A stretch of 63,920 nucleotides of DNA, the filler included, from Licmophora abbreviata (Eukaryota), in NCBI GenBank assembly GCA_900291995.1. It is 12 parts of 12 records of this genome, joined end to end, with 100 filler letters (N's around TTAATTAATTAA, not from the genome) between each part and the next. Parts side by side here need not be neighbours in the genome. Positions count along the whole stretch, not along the records: positions 11,943 to 33,212 come from OLMU01002564.1; 11 more parts are not named here. One strand, written 5' to 3'. Below the pieces are notes generated by a model. That model was not told where the DNA came from, made no database searches, and saw only the letters and a list, made by a program, of their open reading frames with translations. A program made the translations under genes and the position numbers. Shown in pieces: positions 22,119 to 32,877 of the stretch (within the stretch, counting starts at the first letter, position 1; every line of letters starts with the position of its first letter).

Positions 22119-24522
22119 CTAGTGTCGACTGGATCGTGCATGAAGTTTGAGAAGGTTGAGTCGACGGCCTCTCTCCTCGAACGGCTTCCCATTCTTGCGG
22201 CGTATCTCGTACAGTGTACCCATGTCTTGCATACACACGTACATGATTGTCCAGTCTGGACTGAACGCAATGCCTGTCACTTCGTCGCCATTAAACCGAT
22301 CATGTCGTCCTTCTAGGAGTGCAAAGTACTGACCTGTGCCAGTCACCCTTCCGTAAATCCCAGGGGAAGTTCCACCGTCCTCAGTAATGTAGAGGATATC
22401 TTCCGTGAGTTGAAAGAGATGGTCGGCTTCTTGTCGTAACTCTGCTGAGCCGAGCATCGGGCCTGATGATGTCTTTTCTGTTTCGTATGTCATTGTATCT
22501 AGATTCAAGATATAAAGAAGCTTGGTCGCTTTCGACGCAAAGTAGAGGATTCCGTTTTTATGTGTAATCCCCTCCGTCTTTGGAAAGTGTTTTTTCGCGG
22601 ATTCCCGTCCTTGTTCCATAGACGACGTCCACTCGAAAACCTTGGAGTTTGGTGCAAACGATAGATAGTCCAACGTTCCACTCCTGTGTAAGGTACTCCA
22701 TGGGTCGTGGGCGTCGTGCTTGTCGGGCCGAAACCGCCGGAGGGCGCCTCGTTCATGGTCCTCCGTGATGAAATACACGGGGTTGTCAGGATCACGATCG
22801 TCGAATGTCTGTCTCGGAGATGGGAAGAGATGCGCTCGGACGTGTTGTCAGATTGTTGAAAATGTACAGAAGTTATGGATTACAGTCATCAGCGACTTAC
22901 AAATGCCTCAAAGTTGCCTCCTTGATCTCCTCCGAGAACCGTTGGCTCTGGATCTCGCTGACTAAAGGGATCAACCTGCCAACACTGTCCCTTTGAGTAC
23001 TCTTCACAGGAAATCCAAGTGCTCCATGGCGTCAAACCACCATTGCAATTCCTTGTCGTGCCCCCTAGTAGCTTGCTGAATCCTCGAATTCTCCCCTTCG
23101 GGTCAAAATCGACTGCATATACCCCGCCTCTGCCGTTGCCCCCTTCGCTGTTGCTCACATAGTACCACCCTCCGTCTGGATTTGCAACAATACCGGCGCC
23201 GTCAGGCTGGAAATGAAACTTCCCTGCGCTCCTACCGGATACAAGTTTTACATCCTTCCCAGCTCGTGCTAGCTCACGCACGGCTAGTCCTGGTGCCAGA
23301 TGAAGCCCAGTGACTTCGTCATACTCAGATAGATCGTTTGGAATAAAATGTTGTGGCAGCCCTGTCGTAGGTGGGGAAGTGGGGCTTTGGACAGGTACAC
23401 GAGACATCTCATTGTCTTCCGCATCGATCGAATGGAAGGAGGCGCATGAATTGGTAGCAGGGTTGTACACACCATTGCATGATCCCGTCGACGTATTGTC
23501 TCCGCCATCAAACCAGACCCCGTCGCCTTTGGCAACTGCGCGAACATCGCCGTTGTTGGACTCGCATGTCAGACGATTCATCTATAATGATAGCTTTCAA
23601 ACTTAGATCAACACAGACGTACCTGCTTTGACAACGATGGAAAATCCATTTGAATCCAGGCTTGACCTAAATGTACATCCTGTGATTGCTAAACTGGCGT
23701 ATCTAGCGGAGAATATAGATCCACCCTGTATGAGGCGAGGACCAAAATAGAAGTAAGCCCACCAAAACTCATTGTTGCCATGCCTGGAACCACAGCGGGT
23801 TCCAAAACTTACCATTCCCTGCAGCGCAATACCGGCGACAATTGATCAAATTAGTGAACGTCCATAGACTGGGATGACTGACATATCCGATGCGAACTTA
23901 CTATTGATTTGTTGTCATAAAACGAGCTGTCGACTACGTTCAAAAGGTTGGACTGAGAGTAGATGCTTCCGCCGTAAGAGGAAAAATTGTCGTAGAATAA
24001 GCACTGTATGATATGCACGATCCCAGAGTCTTTCTCGGTAAGGATGATCCCAGTACTCATGGGATCAGATATTTCATTTCTGATGAAGGTACAGTCACAA
24101 ATTGTATGTGTGACAGTCGGAACTGATGACGAGACTCTTATGACATGCTCTTCAGAGCCTGTAAATACTATTCCTTGGATAGAAGTGTCCTCTTCACTTG
24201 TAATGGATATCATGGTGCTCGATCCACCTCGAAGGATGCACATGTCTGCGCTTGAGCTTTTACGACATTGGATTGTGAGTCCACGAAGTATTTCTACTGG
24301 AGCTGTGGTGTCTGACGCTATGATGTCGAAAGCGCAGAGCAGCAGCTTGTCCCGCGCCGTATCGATTGCATTCTTCAAATCCTCGTAAGTCTTCACGATG
24401 ACGCAGGGCGCGAGAGCATCAACAGGCACCGCTGGACAGATGGTACTACCGAGGCTTGAAGGCACCGAATAGCGGACAGCTTGGCACATAAGCAAAAGGA
24501 AGAGAGTGAATGCTTCTTTCAT
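22119..24522 (-). CDS. Secreted protein: one GGAI/FxxN module + PhoX/DUF839 domain (copy B, paralog of 17349-20956, multi-exon)
   Basis: Signal-like MKEAFTLFLLLMCQA; FYDNFSSYGGSIY; PDGAG, YVSNSE, RNCNGGLTPWSTWISCEE, NFEAF, TEDHERGALRRF, TEDGG, EVTGIAFSPDW. Confidence 0.8.
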
Positions 24523-24902
24523 GTTTTCACTTCCACGTTCAATGTAGAGTGTATTTGAGGCAATGGTCGTCGCCCTTGCCGCCTCACGGTATGATACCAA
24601 CGAGCCATGGTATGACCCTTTGTGAGATTAGAGTTTTTTGGCGATAATGTGAAGAAGGCGCGTACCGAGATGGTGCTTGATTCCAGATCGAGATGCCATC
24701 CTGAAGACCACCTTCTAACTTCTAAGTACCTGTCAGTAACTTATATCATATCAATACTATATAACGAGGGGCATATCATTCTATGCCTGTAACATATATA
24801 CTGATCTATTCGAGGCCCGATAGTCTATTTTCTATCTCTTTTCCAAAACCTTGGAGCTTCGCTTCGCATCGCATCGCGCGCTCACGTTGCACCGCGCTGA
24901 CG

Positions 24903-26589
24903 ATGCAAGCACCACCGGCGGCGCCGCTTCAACTGAAAATTTCGGCTTCGTACCGGAATCATTTTCTAATGACTGAAGTCACCCACTCTCCTACAATGAA
25001 CGTTAAGCACCCAGTAGGAAGAGGGGAGGTCGACGGAGAAATAGGCGTCTCTTTTATTACGACCACGACGACAGAGATGGGGCCGCACCAGAACCACCAG
25101 GGGGCCGATGCCGCATCGGGTGAACACCTTCAAGAGCCAAAAGGAGAAAGGAACGATCGAAAGGCAGCGAGTGCGACGTTGAGGCCCGTCCTTGCAGACA
25201 CTGGACAGATTTCGAGAACAGAAGCAAAGGTAAATATTTCCGTGCCGCCGGGGCTAGTCATGCCGTCGGCTATTCGAATATCTCCGGTCCCGAAGCCTGC
25301 AGCGCATCGTTCTGTGGCTGCTCCAGGCGCAACTCAGAACCTGCAGATGGTGAGACCCACACCTCGAAAGACCGATATACCAGTTCCGACTGGCGTCGAA
25401 TCTGTCTCTACGGCTGAAGTTTCTCCGTACATGAAGGAGGGAGGTCCATGTCGATCTGACATGCACAATTCAAAGCCCATGGCCACACGACAAGCTGCTC
25501 ATCAGCGAACCGACGAAGTAACGTCTCGAACAGCCGGACCCAGCAAGGTAGGAAATGAAGCAAAGTCAAATCATGCATCACAGGTCGATTTTTTAGAACA
25601 GAAGCTTGTTCCCGATCGAGGTGGACGGCATACCTCTTCTCGAGCTGCAGCGATTCCTCCTGTTCCAACTGCGGAAGACGGTGAAGGTCCGCCACCGCCC
25701 ACCCGCCATGTACAGTACGCCAAGGGGGATAACCAGCACGATTCACAGAAGCAAGGTCATCATCATCATCAGCGCTCTCGTCAACAGGGGCGGGCTTATT
25801 CGACGGCGTCCTCAGGAGTGGGAACCACGTCTTATGGACGAAGGCACAATCGAGGCCTTTCTACTGGTAGCGGTCAGGGAGACTCTGGCAGTGAGGCGTC
25901 GCACAATGTTCCACCAACTCCTCTTTTCCAACGATATGTCACTGACGACGTCCAGGAAATTAAGGCTCTCACCCGTGTGATCGAAAAGCAGAACACCCGT
26001 GTAAATCAGCTGGAAGATTTACACAAAGAACTCCAGAAGAATTTACAACACGAGAGTCTTAAGCGAGCGGAGTTGGAGAGAATGCTCGCTGAGCGAGAGC
26101 GTGAGTGGTCCGATCGATGTACAAGTCTTGAGAACGATAGAGGCCAGTGGGAGAAGGCTGTGGAGGAAGAGAAGAAAAAGAATACAACGCTGTTATCGTC
26201 ACTCGCAGGGAAAGAATTAGATATTCAACGCATTCTCCATCGGAAGGTACGTGTTTGACACGCTTGCATCAAGATGAACTTTGATGCATATCGACTCCTA
26301 ACTGCGAATCTTTGGTGCCATCGTTCAACACTTTACGAGGTAGCGAGATCCTCATTTGCAGTCCATACGAAACGTTCGCGGTGGAGTCTTGTCGACTTCA
26401 GAGCGGCCCGGTCACTCTCCAGTAACTGTCCAGCAGGGGAGTAGCAAGTCTTCGTCGCCTTCCGTTAGCAATGAACAGAAAACGCGCCTTCACAGGAGCC
26501 CTCAGGATTATCTCGCAAGCAGCGGGTCTGTGGAACATGTTAGAGCTCGCAACGTTTCAACTTCGCTTTGCGAGTTCTTCGGCATGTAA
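24903..26589 (+). CDS. Hypothetical disordered protein with a C-terminal coiled coil, 2 exons
   Basis: Long ORF with heptad region QEIKALTRVIEKQNTRVNQLE...; GT at about 26247, last exon ending EFFGM*. Confidence 0.65.
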
Positions 26590-26864
26590 CGACTTCGGCG
26601 GGTAATAGCGATTGACAACCACTGGCCTGTGTTACTACTACACACCCTAACTTTAAACTACCCGCCTGGGATCGTTCGATGGGCATTCCGCCACAGCAAT
26701 AGATTCTAGTACATACTGCTATGAGTTTACTCTATTGATACATTAGCATCGGCCCCTCTACTAATTTCGACGTAATTCATGGAGCGTTCCACGAAAAATC
26801 ATATCGGATATAATCGCTTCGGGCGATCTACAACCAGCCCAGCAGTCTCTTGTGAACGGTTCTT

Positions 26865-27875
26865 CTAAGTCTCATTTATCTGGTGCTCCGATTCAGATAT
26901 ACCCCAGTTCTGCTGTAGCGCCTGGATCGCTCCATCTGCTCCCTCAGCTTGTTCAGAGCTTTGATGAGCGTCGTATTGACCTTGAAGCTGCTCTTGCAGC
27001 TGAGCGTACCGGGTCTCAGCTTGAGACACCGTCATCGCCTGTTCGGTTCCTTGCCCAGTATTGTTCACAAGCGCCGCTGAAGCCCCCACAGCACCGCCTA
27101 AAACGTTAACTCCAATAAGATCGGAATGCTGAACTGTTGGCAGCCCTTTTGGTGTTGGTTGCGGCGGCCCACGCGGTACTACATCAATCAGAAAGTCGTA
27201 TACTTCACTCTCGCTCACACCGGTGCAGATGTCTTGTTTCTGAAGTGTCCGTCTGCGATTTCGTTCCGTGTGACGCCACGACCGGGCCGTCAGCTCTTTG
27301 ATCATGAGCTCACATGCTTTTCCCATCAAGATAGGAGCCTCGCCTGCTATCATGAAACGCGTCGCCATGGTCACTGCAGTCGGAGGTGGAGGCTCGCTCC
27401 CGTCTGCAATTCTCTCTTGTTCCAACCGCTGCCGTTCCATCTCCTGATATACACCCTCATCGCTCTTCATTATCTTCTTAATTCTAGCGAGAGGAAGAGG
27501 TGCAGATTTCCAGTTCTCGGTCTCTGTATATGATCGAACAGAGAGACATGAAAATGAAATTGTGTGAATGTCGTCAATAAGAGGAAAATCTGGAATTGTA
27601 CAGATCGCTCGATGGATTCGGATGTAAGAGCAACGCCCGAGCAAAGATGGGACCCTCCAGTCGGCTCCCACCTCATGTGTCCTATCTTACGCTGTCAAAG
27701 ATTTGATCTCCTTTGTACGCAACACATACGTATGCGGCAGGACGTCAAAAACACGGTGTCGAGAGTCGAATGGTGACTTACGTGGATCAATATGAGCTAC
27801 CTCGCTCGTCTCATTCGCCCACATCTGATCTATCTTTCCCTCATCGTCGGGAGGTGTCGTTTGTATTGATGTCAT
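26865..27875 (-). CDS. NF-YC / HAP5 CCAAT-binding histone-fold transcription factor, 2 exons
   Basis: LPLARIKKIMKSDE, MIAGEAPILMGKACELMIKELT.RSW.HTE.NRRRTLQKQDI...YDFLIDVVPR; exon 1 from the ATG at 27875 to a GTAAGT donor. Confidence 0.9.
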
Positions 27876-28200
27876 GGCTCCATGAAGAGTCATGCAACAC
27901 AATAGACCACACGGGGGGTGTTTGTTGCGTTGATGCCGGACACCGGCGCCGCCTCGGGTTGGGGTGATTTCATTTAAGATTTGATTGATGTGATTGCATG
28001 ACGTCAGACACCATCATTTTTGTGCGGACGTACGTCGCGCAATGCTACAAGAGGAATTCGGAATTCACATGTGAGTCACGAGTTGAGAGTCCCAAATCAA
28101 GTCACGCCAGGATGTCGAAGCCGCGAGGAACAACAAAATCCATCGCAGCGCGGCCACACGTCGCGGTGATGCAGCGAGCACTTCGCTGCAGCAATCGAGC

Positions 28201-29034
28201 ATGACGCACACCCAGATTCCAGCGTGGCTATCTGCTGGAATCAATAGTATTCGGTGGCCTCTTGATGAGAAATCTCATTTGCCTTTACGCTTAAAATCGT
28301 TGGAGGCGATGAAGCGAATTCGGGGAGAGAGGTGTCAATCGGGACCGGAATGCCCATGTTTCACGGAGTCCTCGTCGTTTCTAGAGTTCCTTGCTCATAT
28401 GCCCGAATCTTTTGAAAGAATACTCTCACAACAGAGCAGAGATGCTCGCCACTTTGGACTTGTCTCGGTCGCGCTTGTGTTGCTGGGAAATGGACACGCC
28501 GACGAGGCGCACAGTCTCTTGACGCCTCTAAGCTACCCGCTGGAGCTCCCCTTCGGCTACGGTCCTTCTTTGTGCTCCGACATTTCCGAGGAGGTGCGGA
28601 CATACGCTAGCTATGCGCATGCACTTGTGCATCGAAGAGAAGGGTCGCATGTTGGAGAATTTGGAATGACTGGTTTCGATAACGCAAGTTATTGGAGCTC
28701 GAACGTTCTTAGGTCGCCAGGAGTCGATTCGCTGCCTGGGGCCCAACTGCATCAGGGAATTGCGAGACTTAAGGATTCCTACATGGGCTCATCGTCTGTT
28801 CAAGATTGGTGCGACAGGCACGGATTCAAAAAGCCGATGGAAGCGCCCTACTTCGAAGCGAGACCAGTGCATGATCTCTGCGCGACCGTCCTTGAACAAA
28901 GAGGCAGCGACATTGCCTTGCGTGACTTTGCCGAAGAGCTATCAGAGCTGGAAGTCCGAATATTACTTGCGAGTGCCCTCCAACGAGCTGGTTTTGATGT
29001 GAATGTGTCCCAAGTCACAACGAGGAGTAGCTAA
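28201..29034 (+). CDS. Conserved hypothetical protein with an H...YAHALVHRREG...NASYW motif (bacterial-like)
   Basis: 277-aa intronless ORF; motif pattern resembles an uncharacterised bacterial family (recalled, not searched). Confidence 0.65.
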   Translation: MTHTQIPAWLSAGINSIRWPLDEKSHLPLRLKSLEAMKRIRGERCQSGPECPCFTESSSFLEFLAHMPESFERILSQQSRDARHFGLVSVALVLLGNGHADEAHSLLTPLSYPLELPFGYGPSLCSDISEEVRTYASYAHALVHRREGSHVGEFGMTGFDNASYWSSNVLRSPGVDSLPGAQLHQGIARLKDSYMGSSSVQDWCDRHGFKKPMEAPYFEARPVHDLCATVLEQRGSDIALRDFAEELSELEVRILLASALQRAGFDVNVSQVTTRSS

Positions 29035-29159
29035 GTAATTCAAATACGTTGTCCGACATTAGAAACGACACCCGCCAAACGGAAAGCATGCCCATCGCGG
29101 TGCATGGAAGCATCAGTGATAGATCGTAAACATCAACCAGAGGAATAGCTGCAGGGAGG

Positions 29160-30356
29160 CTAGTCCGGCATCCTTGCCATAGTTTGCCGGATCGATTCAA
29201 TGTCGCCTGGGTCGTCGTCGTACTCTGCGAAGCAATCACGACAGATCACGAGACCTCTACCATGACAGCAATTGCAGGTTACCTTTCTCCCATATGTAAT
29301 GTAGAACCCCTGCGCTTCACAGTTGGGACAACCGACAGCTCGAGAATCGTTGCACATTTGACATCGAGGTCGATCGGGATCCGTGGCATTTTTGTTTGCA
29401 CTGACTATTTCGTCGGTGACACCGCTACCATTAACGCTCAACCCATTCCAAATGCCTCTAGCTAGGTTCCCGACAGCAGGGCCACCGAGAAAGTACACTG
29501 CGTGGTACGAGAGGGGGGAAGCAACGTTTGAGAACAAAGCCAGGCTCACGCTCAGATCCCAGATATGCATTACACTTATCACTCGGTGCCTACCTGGAAC
29601 AATCCAATTCGGAAAAAAGCCAAACTCGCCCTTGTCCATGTACTGATAGCCACCATATCCAGTGAGAGCGGAGAGGAGACCTACCTCTAGCAGAGGACCT
29701 CCGATTGCTGTCGCGAGACTTGTAATGAAACCGGCTGCCGTGCTGTCCAGCGTCGCAAATCCTGTTCCGGCGAGGACCGACATGACGAAGAAAAGCGTGG
29801 TCCGATCAACTCCCATCGAGAACATGAGGCCACTCAGCCAATACTGGAAAGTAAATATAGATATACCAAGGAGAATCTTTGTTGGCCGAGGAGCTTTCTG
29901 CTCCGTCGGTGTGCAAAGAACGGAGTCTAGGACGATGTAGAGCCACCCAATAATTATCCCGGCGAGACCAAACAGCTCTGGTACCCACCAAGCCGTAATC
30001 AGTGCGGGATGCGCCGGCGTTCCCCACAGGATCGCAGTGATAGGCTCCTCGTACTGTAATACGCCGAACGCAGAATGGAACGCATCAAGAAAGGGTCCCA
30101 GAGCCGCGCCGCACAGCGCCATTGCGACCGTGAAGGCACCAGACCTCGGTGAATTTACTGTAATTTCATCATCTCGAGACAGTTCCAGAAGCGATGTCGG
30201 CCTGCAGCTGCCTGACCTGTCGTCGGGAGAGAAGTTTATCGATCCGTGCCTGGGGTGCCGACTTCTGATGTTGGACGATTTGCCTCGGCCATCAGATGGC
30301 GCGAATCCAAGGGTCGAACCAGCAGAAAGCAGCAACCAAGCCAGCTTGGCTCTCAT
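29160..30356 (-). CDS. Plastid-targeted INSIG-like multi-TM protein fused to a DnaJ-type zinc finger; 96-nt in-frame intron 29498-29593
   Basis: Signal peptide ending TLG-FAP; GAALGPFLDAFHS..GVL.Y, TAWWVP.LFG.A, GGPLLEV, WIVPVYF; four CxxC motifs at the C-terminus. Confidence 0.7.
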   Translation of the reverse strand: MRAKLAWLLLSAGSTLGFAPSDGRGKSSNIRSRHPRHGSINFSPDDRSGSCRPTSLLELSRDDEITVNSPRSGAFTVAMALCGAALGPFLDAFHSAFGVLQYEEPITAILWGTPAHPALITAWWVPELFGLAGIIIGWLYIVLDSVLCTPTEQKAPRPTKILLGISIFTFQYWLSGLMFSMGVDRTTLFFVMSVLAGTGFATLDSTAAGFITSLATAIGGPLLEVGLLSALTGYGGYQYMDKGEFGFFPNWIVPGRHRVISVMHIWDLSVSLALFSNVASPLSYHAVYFLGGPAVGNLARGIWNGLSVNGSGVTDEIVSANKNATDPDRPRCQMCNDSRAVGCPNCEAQGFYITYGRKVTCNCCHGRGLVICRDCFAEYDDDPGDIESIRQTMARMPD

Positions 30357-30654
30357 CTCATTCGGTCCCGAGGACGACAGAGCAATAACGATACACAGCG
30401 CTGCTCGGACCTAAAGTAGACGAGCCGAGTCGTCTTTGTTGATGATGAGGTCTCATCTTTCTGACTCCACGCGTCCAAAACCCCTCGTCATCGCCGTCAT
30501 CATCACACACATATTCTCTCGTGCGAGAGAGGTGCGCGCTTCGCAGGCAACAAAAATGTGAGTGAGCGCACGTCACATAATACATCATACCACACCGTGC
30601 GAGCTACCGCGGTATCAGGGCTTCGCTGGTTTACAGAAGAAGTGACCTTTGTCC

Positions 30655-32394
30655 ATGAGTCGTCAACTCTTGCGAATGTGTAGGTCTATTCCGTTGAAAA
30701 GGCTAAAGCAGGGCGGAACTCTGTCGATCGAATCGTCCGTTCCTGGTACCATACTCAAGATTCAACCCGAATGGAGGGAAGACGGGCACCTTGATTTAGA
30801 GCAATGGCGACCGATCTCGGAGTCCGACGTGGATATGACGATCACCCAGGAAGTTGATACACGAACTTCGCTCGGAAGAAGCGAATCTCATGTCTCTGTT
30901 CGCCTTTGCCCTTCTGCTGTTGGATCGAATCGGAACTTATCCGACACATTGGACACTGCCACCACAACGAGTGCAGGTGTGGAGCATCTTCGCAGGCACG
31001 ACAGAGAGAGAATAATAAACGACGAAGGGACTATCCTTGAAGATTCAAAGGAGTGGCACGACGCTAAGTTTCGAAGAGTGGAGTACAGCGACGGCATTAC
31101 ACACGTGACCAACGACAACAATGAAGTCCATCGAGAGCCATCCCTGACACTGACTGCCACAGTGCCAGAAAAGATCAATCTATCCTGTCGTCTTACTGAC
31201 GGTGGGTCCATCTCGATTACAAAGAAGGTAGAAGGAGACGTTCACTTGTTCACGTCGGACGGAGACATTCGAGTGTGCAAGCTCCGTGGGCATACACTTA
31301 ACCTGTACGCCGACAACCCGAACAACACAATTTTTTCATCTGATCTCTTGGAAGCAGAATCATTGGATGTAGCCACTCCAGGTCGTTTCCGTGCAAAGAA
31401 ATTACATGGCACGGACATCCGTGTTCGAGTGGAACGCACGACTACGAGCACTTTTGCGATTACCGACGCAAGGGCGACCACCGATGACGACGATGAGGGA
31501 TCCTTAATTGATATTGGTTCCCTCTATGCTGCTCGTAAGGGTGGGGCAGATCTGTGCGTATCCCTGAATCAACCTATACAGAAACGAGCAGTTCGCGTCA
31601 AGTCCCATCATGGTCACGTCGCAGTGGATGTAAAGAGTGCGTCCGCTCCACGCCCCGAGACCACCGACGATGAGTCGTTTCCGATTGTGGAACTTTCCGG
31701 GGTAAACGGAAGCTACGATGCTCTCGTCCAGAAAGATGTAAGTGCGGGTGCTTCTGGTGGTATATCTGCACCTCTCGCCGTCCGCATCCATGTGGACAGT
31801 CTGGCCCCAGAGTCCGTGAGCTTTGCCATTGCCGAATCTGGAGATATCTCCTTAACGTTGGACCGAAAGCTTGAAGCGGACTTGAGAATGTTGGCGACCG
31901 AGGAGGTAGATGCTGAGACCCTCCGATCTACGTTGGTAGAGAATGAGGACAATCCCGATGCCCTGACAGCTGCTTTGCAGACTCTGGACGAGTCGTCTCC
32001 AGATGACCAGACAGTTGGCGACAGGATATCAATCCGTACTGATGCTTTCACGTCCAGGCCAAGGCATCAGTCGTTCAAACGGATCGCTTGCATAGATGGA
32101 TGGATCGAGAACAACACCATGGAGCCTGAAAGTCGATTTGATTCCAAGACAAAAGGCGGAAAGATTCGACTGCAAGGTGCCGCCGCTCAGGCGTTGTCTG
32201 GGTTTACTTCATCCCAAGATGGAATGGAGAGTACTAGGCCTCTACTGCTGGTAGCTACCAATGGGCGCATTTCTTTGGAGTCTTTGAGTTGGTTCGGTGC
32301 CATCGCACGACGGTATGGGGTGGACGAAGATCTGCGATCCGTGGGACGAACCGCGTCACGTGCTGGTCGTGAGCTGGCCCCGACTAGTGAATAG
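30655..32394 (+). CDS. Probable mitochondrial protein with a DUF4097/adhesin-like beta-repeat (FAM185A-like)
   Basis: Arg-rich presequence MSRQLLRMCRS; VPEKINL...GGSISI..KVEGDVHLFTSDGDIRVCKLRG. Confidence 0.6.
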   Translation: MSRQLLRMCRSIPLKRLKQGGTLSIESSVPGTILKIQPEWREDGHLDLEQWRPISESDVDMTITQEVDTRTSLGRSESHVSVRLCPSAVGSNRNLSDTLDTATTTSAGVEHLRRHDRERIINDEGTILEDSKEWHDAKFRRVEYSDGITHVTNDNNEVHREPSLTLTATVPEKINLSCRLTDGGSISITKKVEGDVHLFTSDGDIRVCKLRGHTLNLYADNPNNTIFSSDLLEAESLDVATPGRFRAKKLHGTDIRVRVERTTTSTFAITDARATTDDDDEGSLIDIGSLYAARKGGADLCVSLNQPIQKRAVRVKSHHGHVAVDVKSASAPRPETTDDESFPIVELSGVNGSYDALVQKDVSAGASGGISAPLAVRIHVDSLAPESVSFAIAESGDISLTLDRKLEADLRMLATEEVDAETLRSTLVENEDNPDALTAALQTLDESSPDDQTVGDRISIRTDAFTSRPRHQSFKRIACIDGWIENNTMEPESRFDSKTKGGKIRLQGAAAQALSGFTSSQDGMESTRPLLLVATNGRISLESLSWFGAIARRYGVDEDLRSVGRTASRAGRELAPTSE

Positions 32395-32716
32395 ACTGTT
32401 GGGCTAACTGAATACTTCCAGCTACTATGCTTTGAAGTGAACGTACACTTTACGTATTAGTATAAAGCAAGCCTATCGTTTTGTTTGGGGACTGCCTATG
32501 AGTCCAAGGTGATCCTTCTCCTGTGTGAAGATAGCTGATGAAATAATCCAGGAAAAATGCGAATTGATGGCACACGCGAAGCTCAGACACGCTTTCACCG
32601 ATGGCCCATGGATGGCGACTAACCAACCATAGACTCCTGAATCCTGGTCCAATCTTTCTGATCTTCTCAGGTCAAAGGTCGTCCTTCATATTGTGAGCTC
32701 GTAGATTGTAGATTTG

Positions 32717-32726
32717 CCACGTCATC
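32717..32726. promoter_or_regulatory. UPRE-like element (CCACGTCATC; TGACGTGG on the minus strand) upstream of calreticulin
   Basis: Exact match to the XBP1/bZIP60-type core about 160 bp before the ATG of an ER chaperone. Confidence 0.45.
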
Positions 32727-32877
32727 ACAGTCATTGCGGCCACCACACGTTCAACGTGGAGGGACAGACCACTTCGCGCACAAAGCAAGGACGCAGGCAA
32801 TTTTCTTCCACAGCTTTCTGCATAGCATTGCGATTGCATTGGTGAACACCACACGACCTACAGCGAAAAAGATCACG

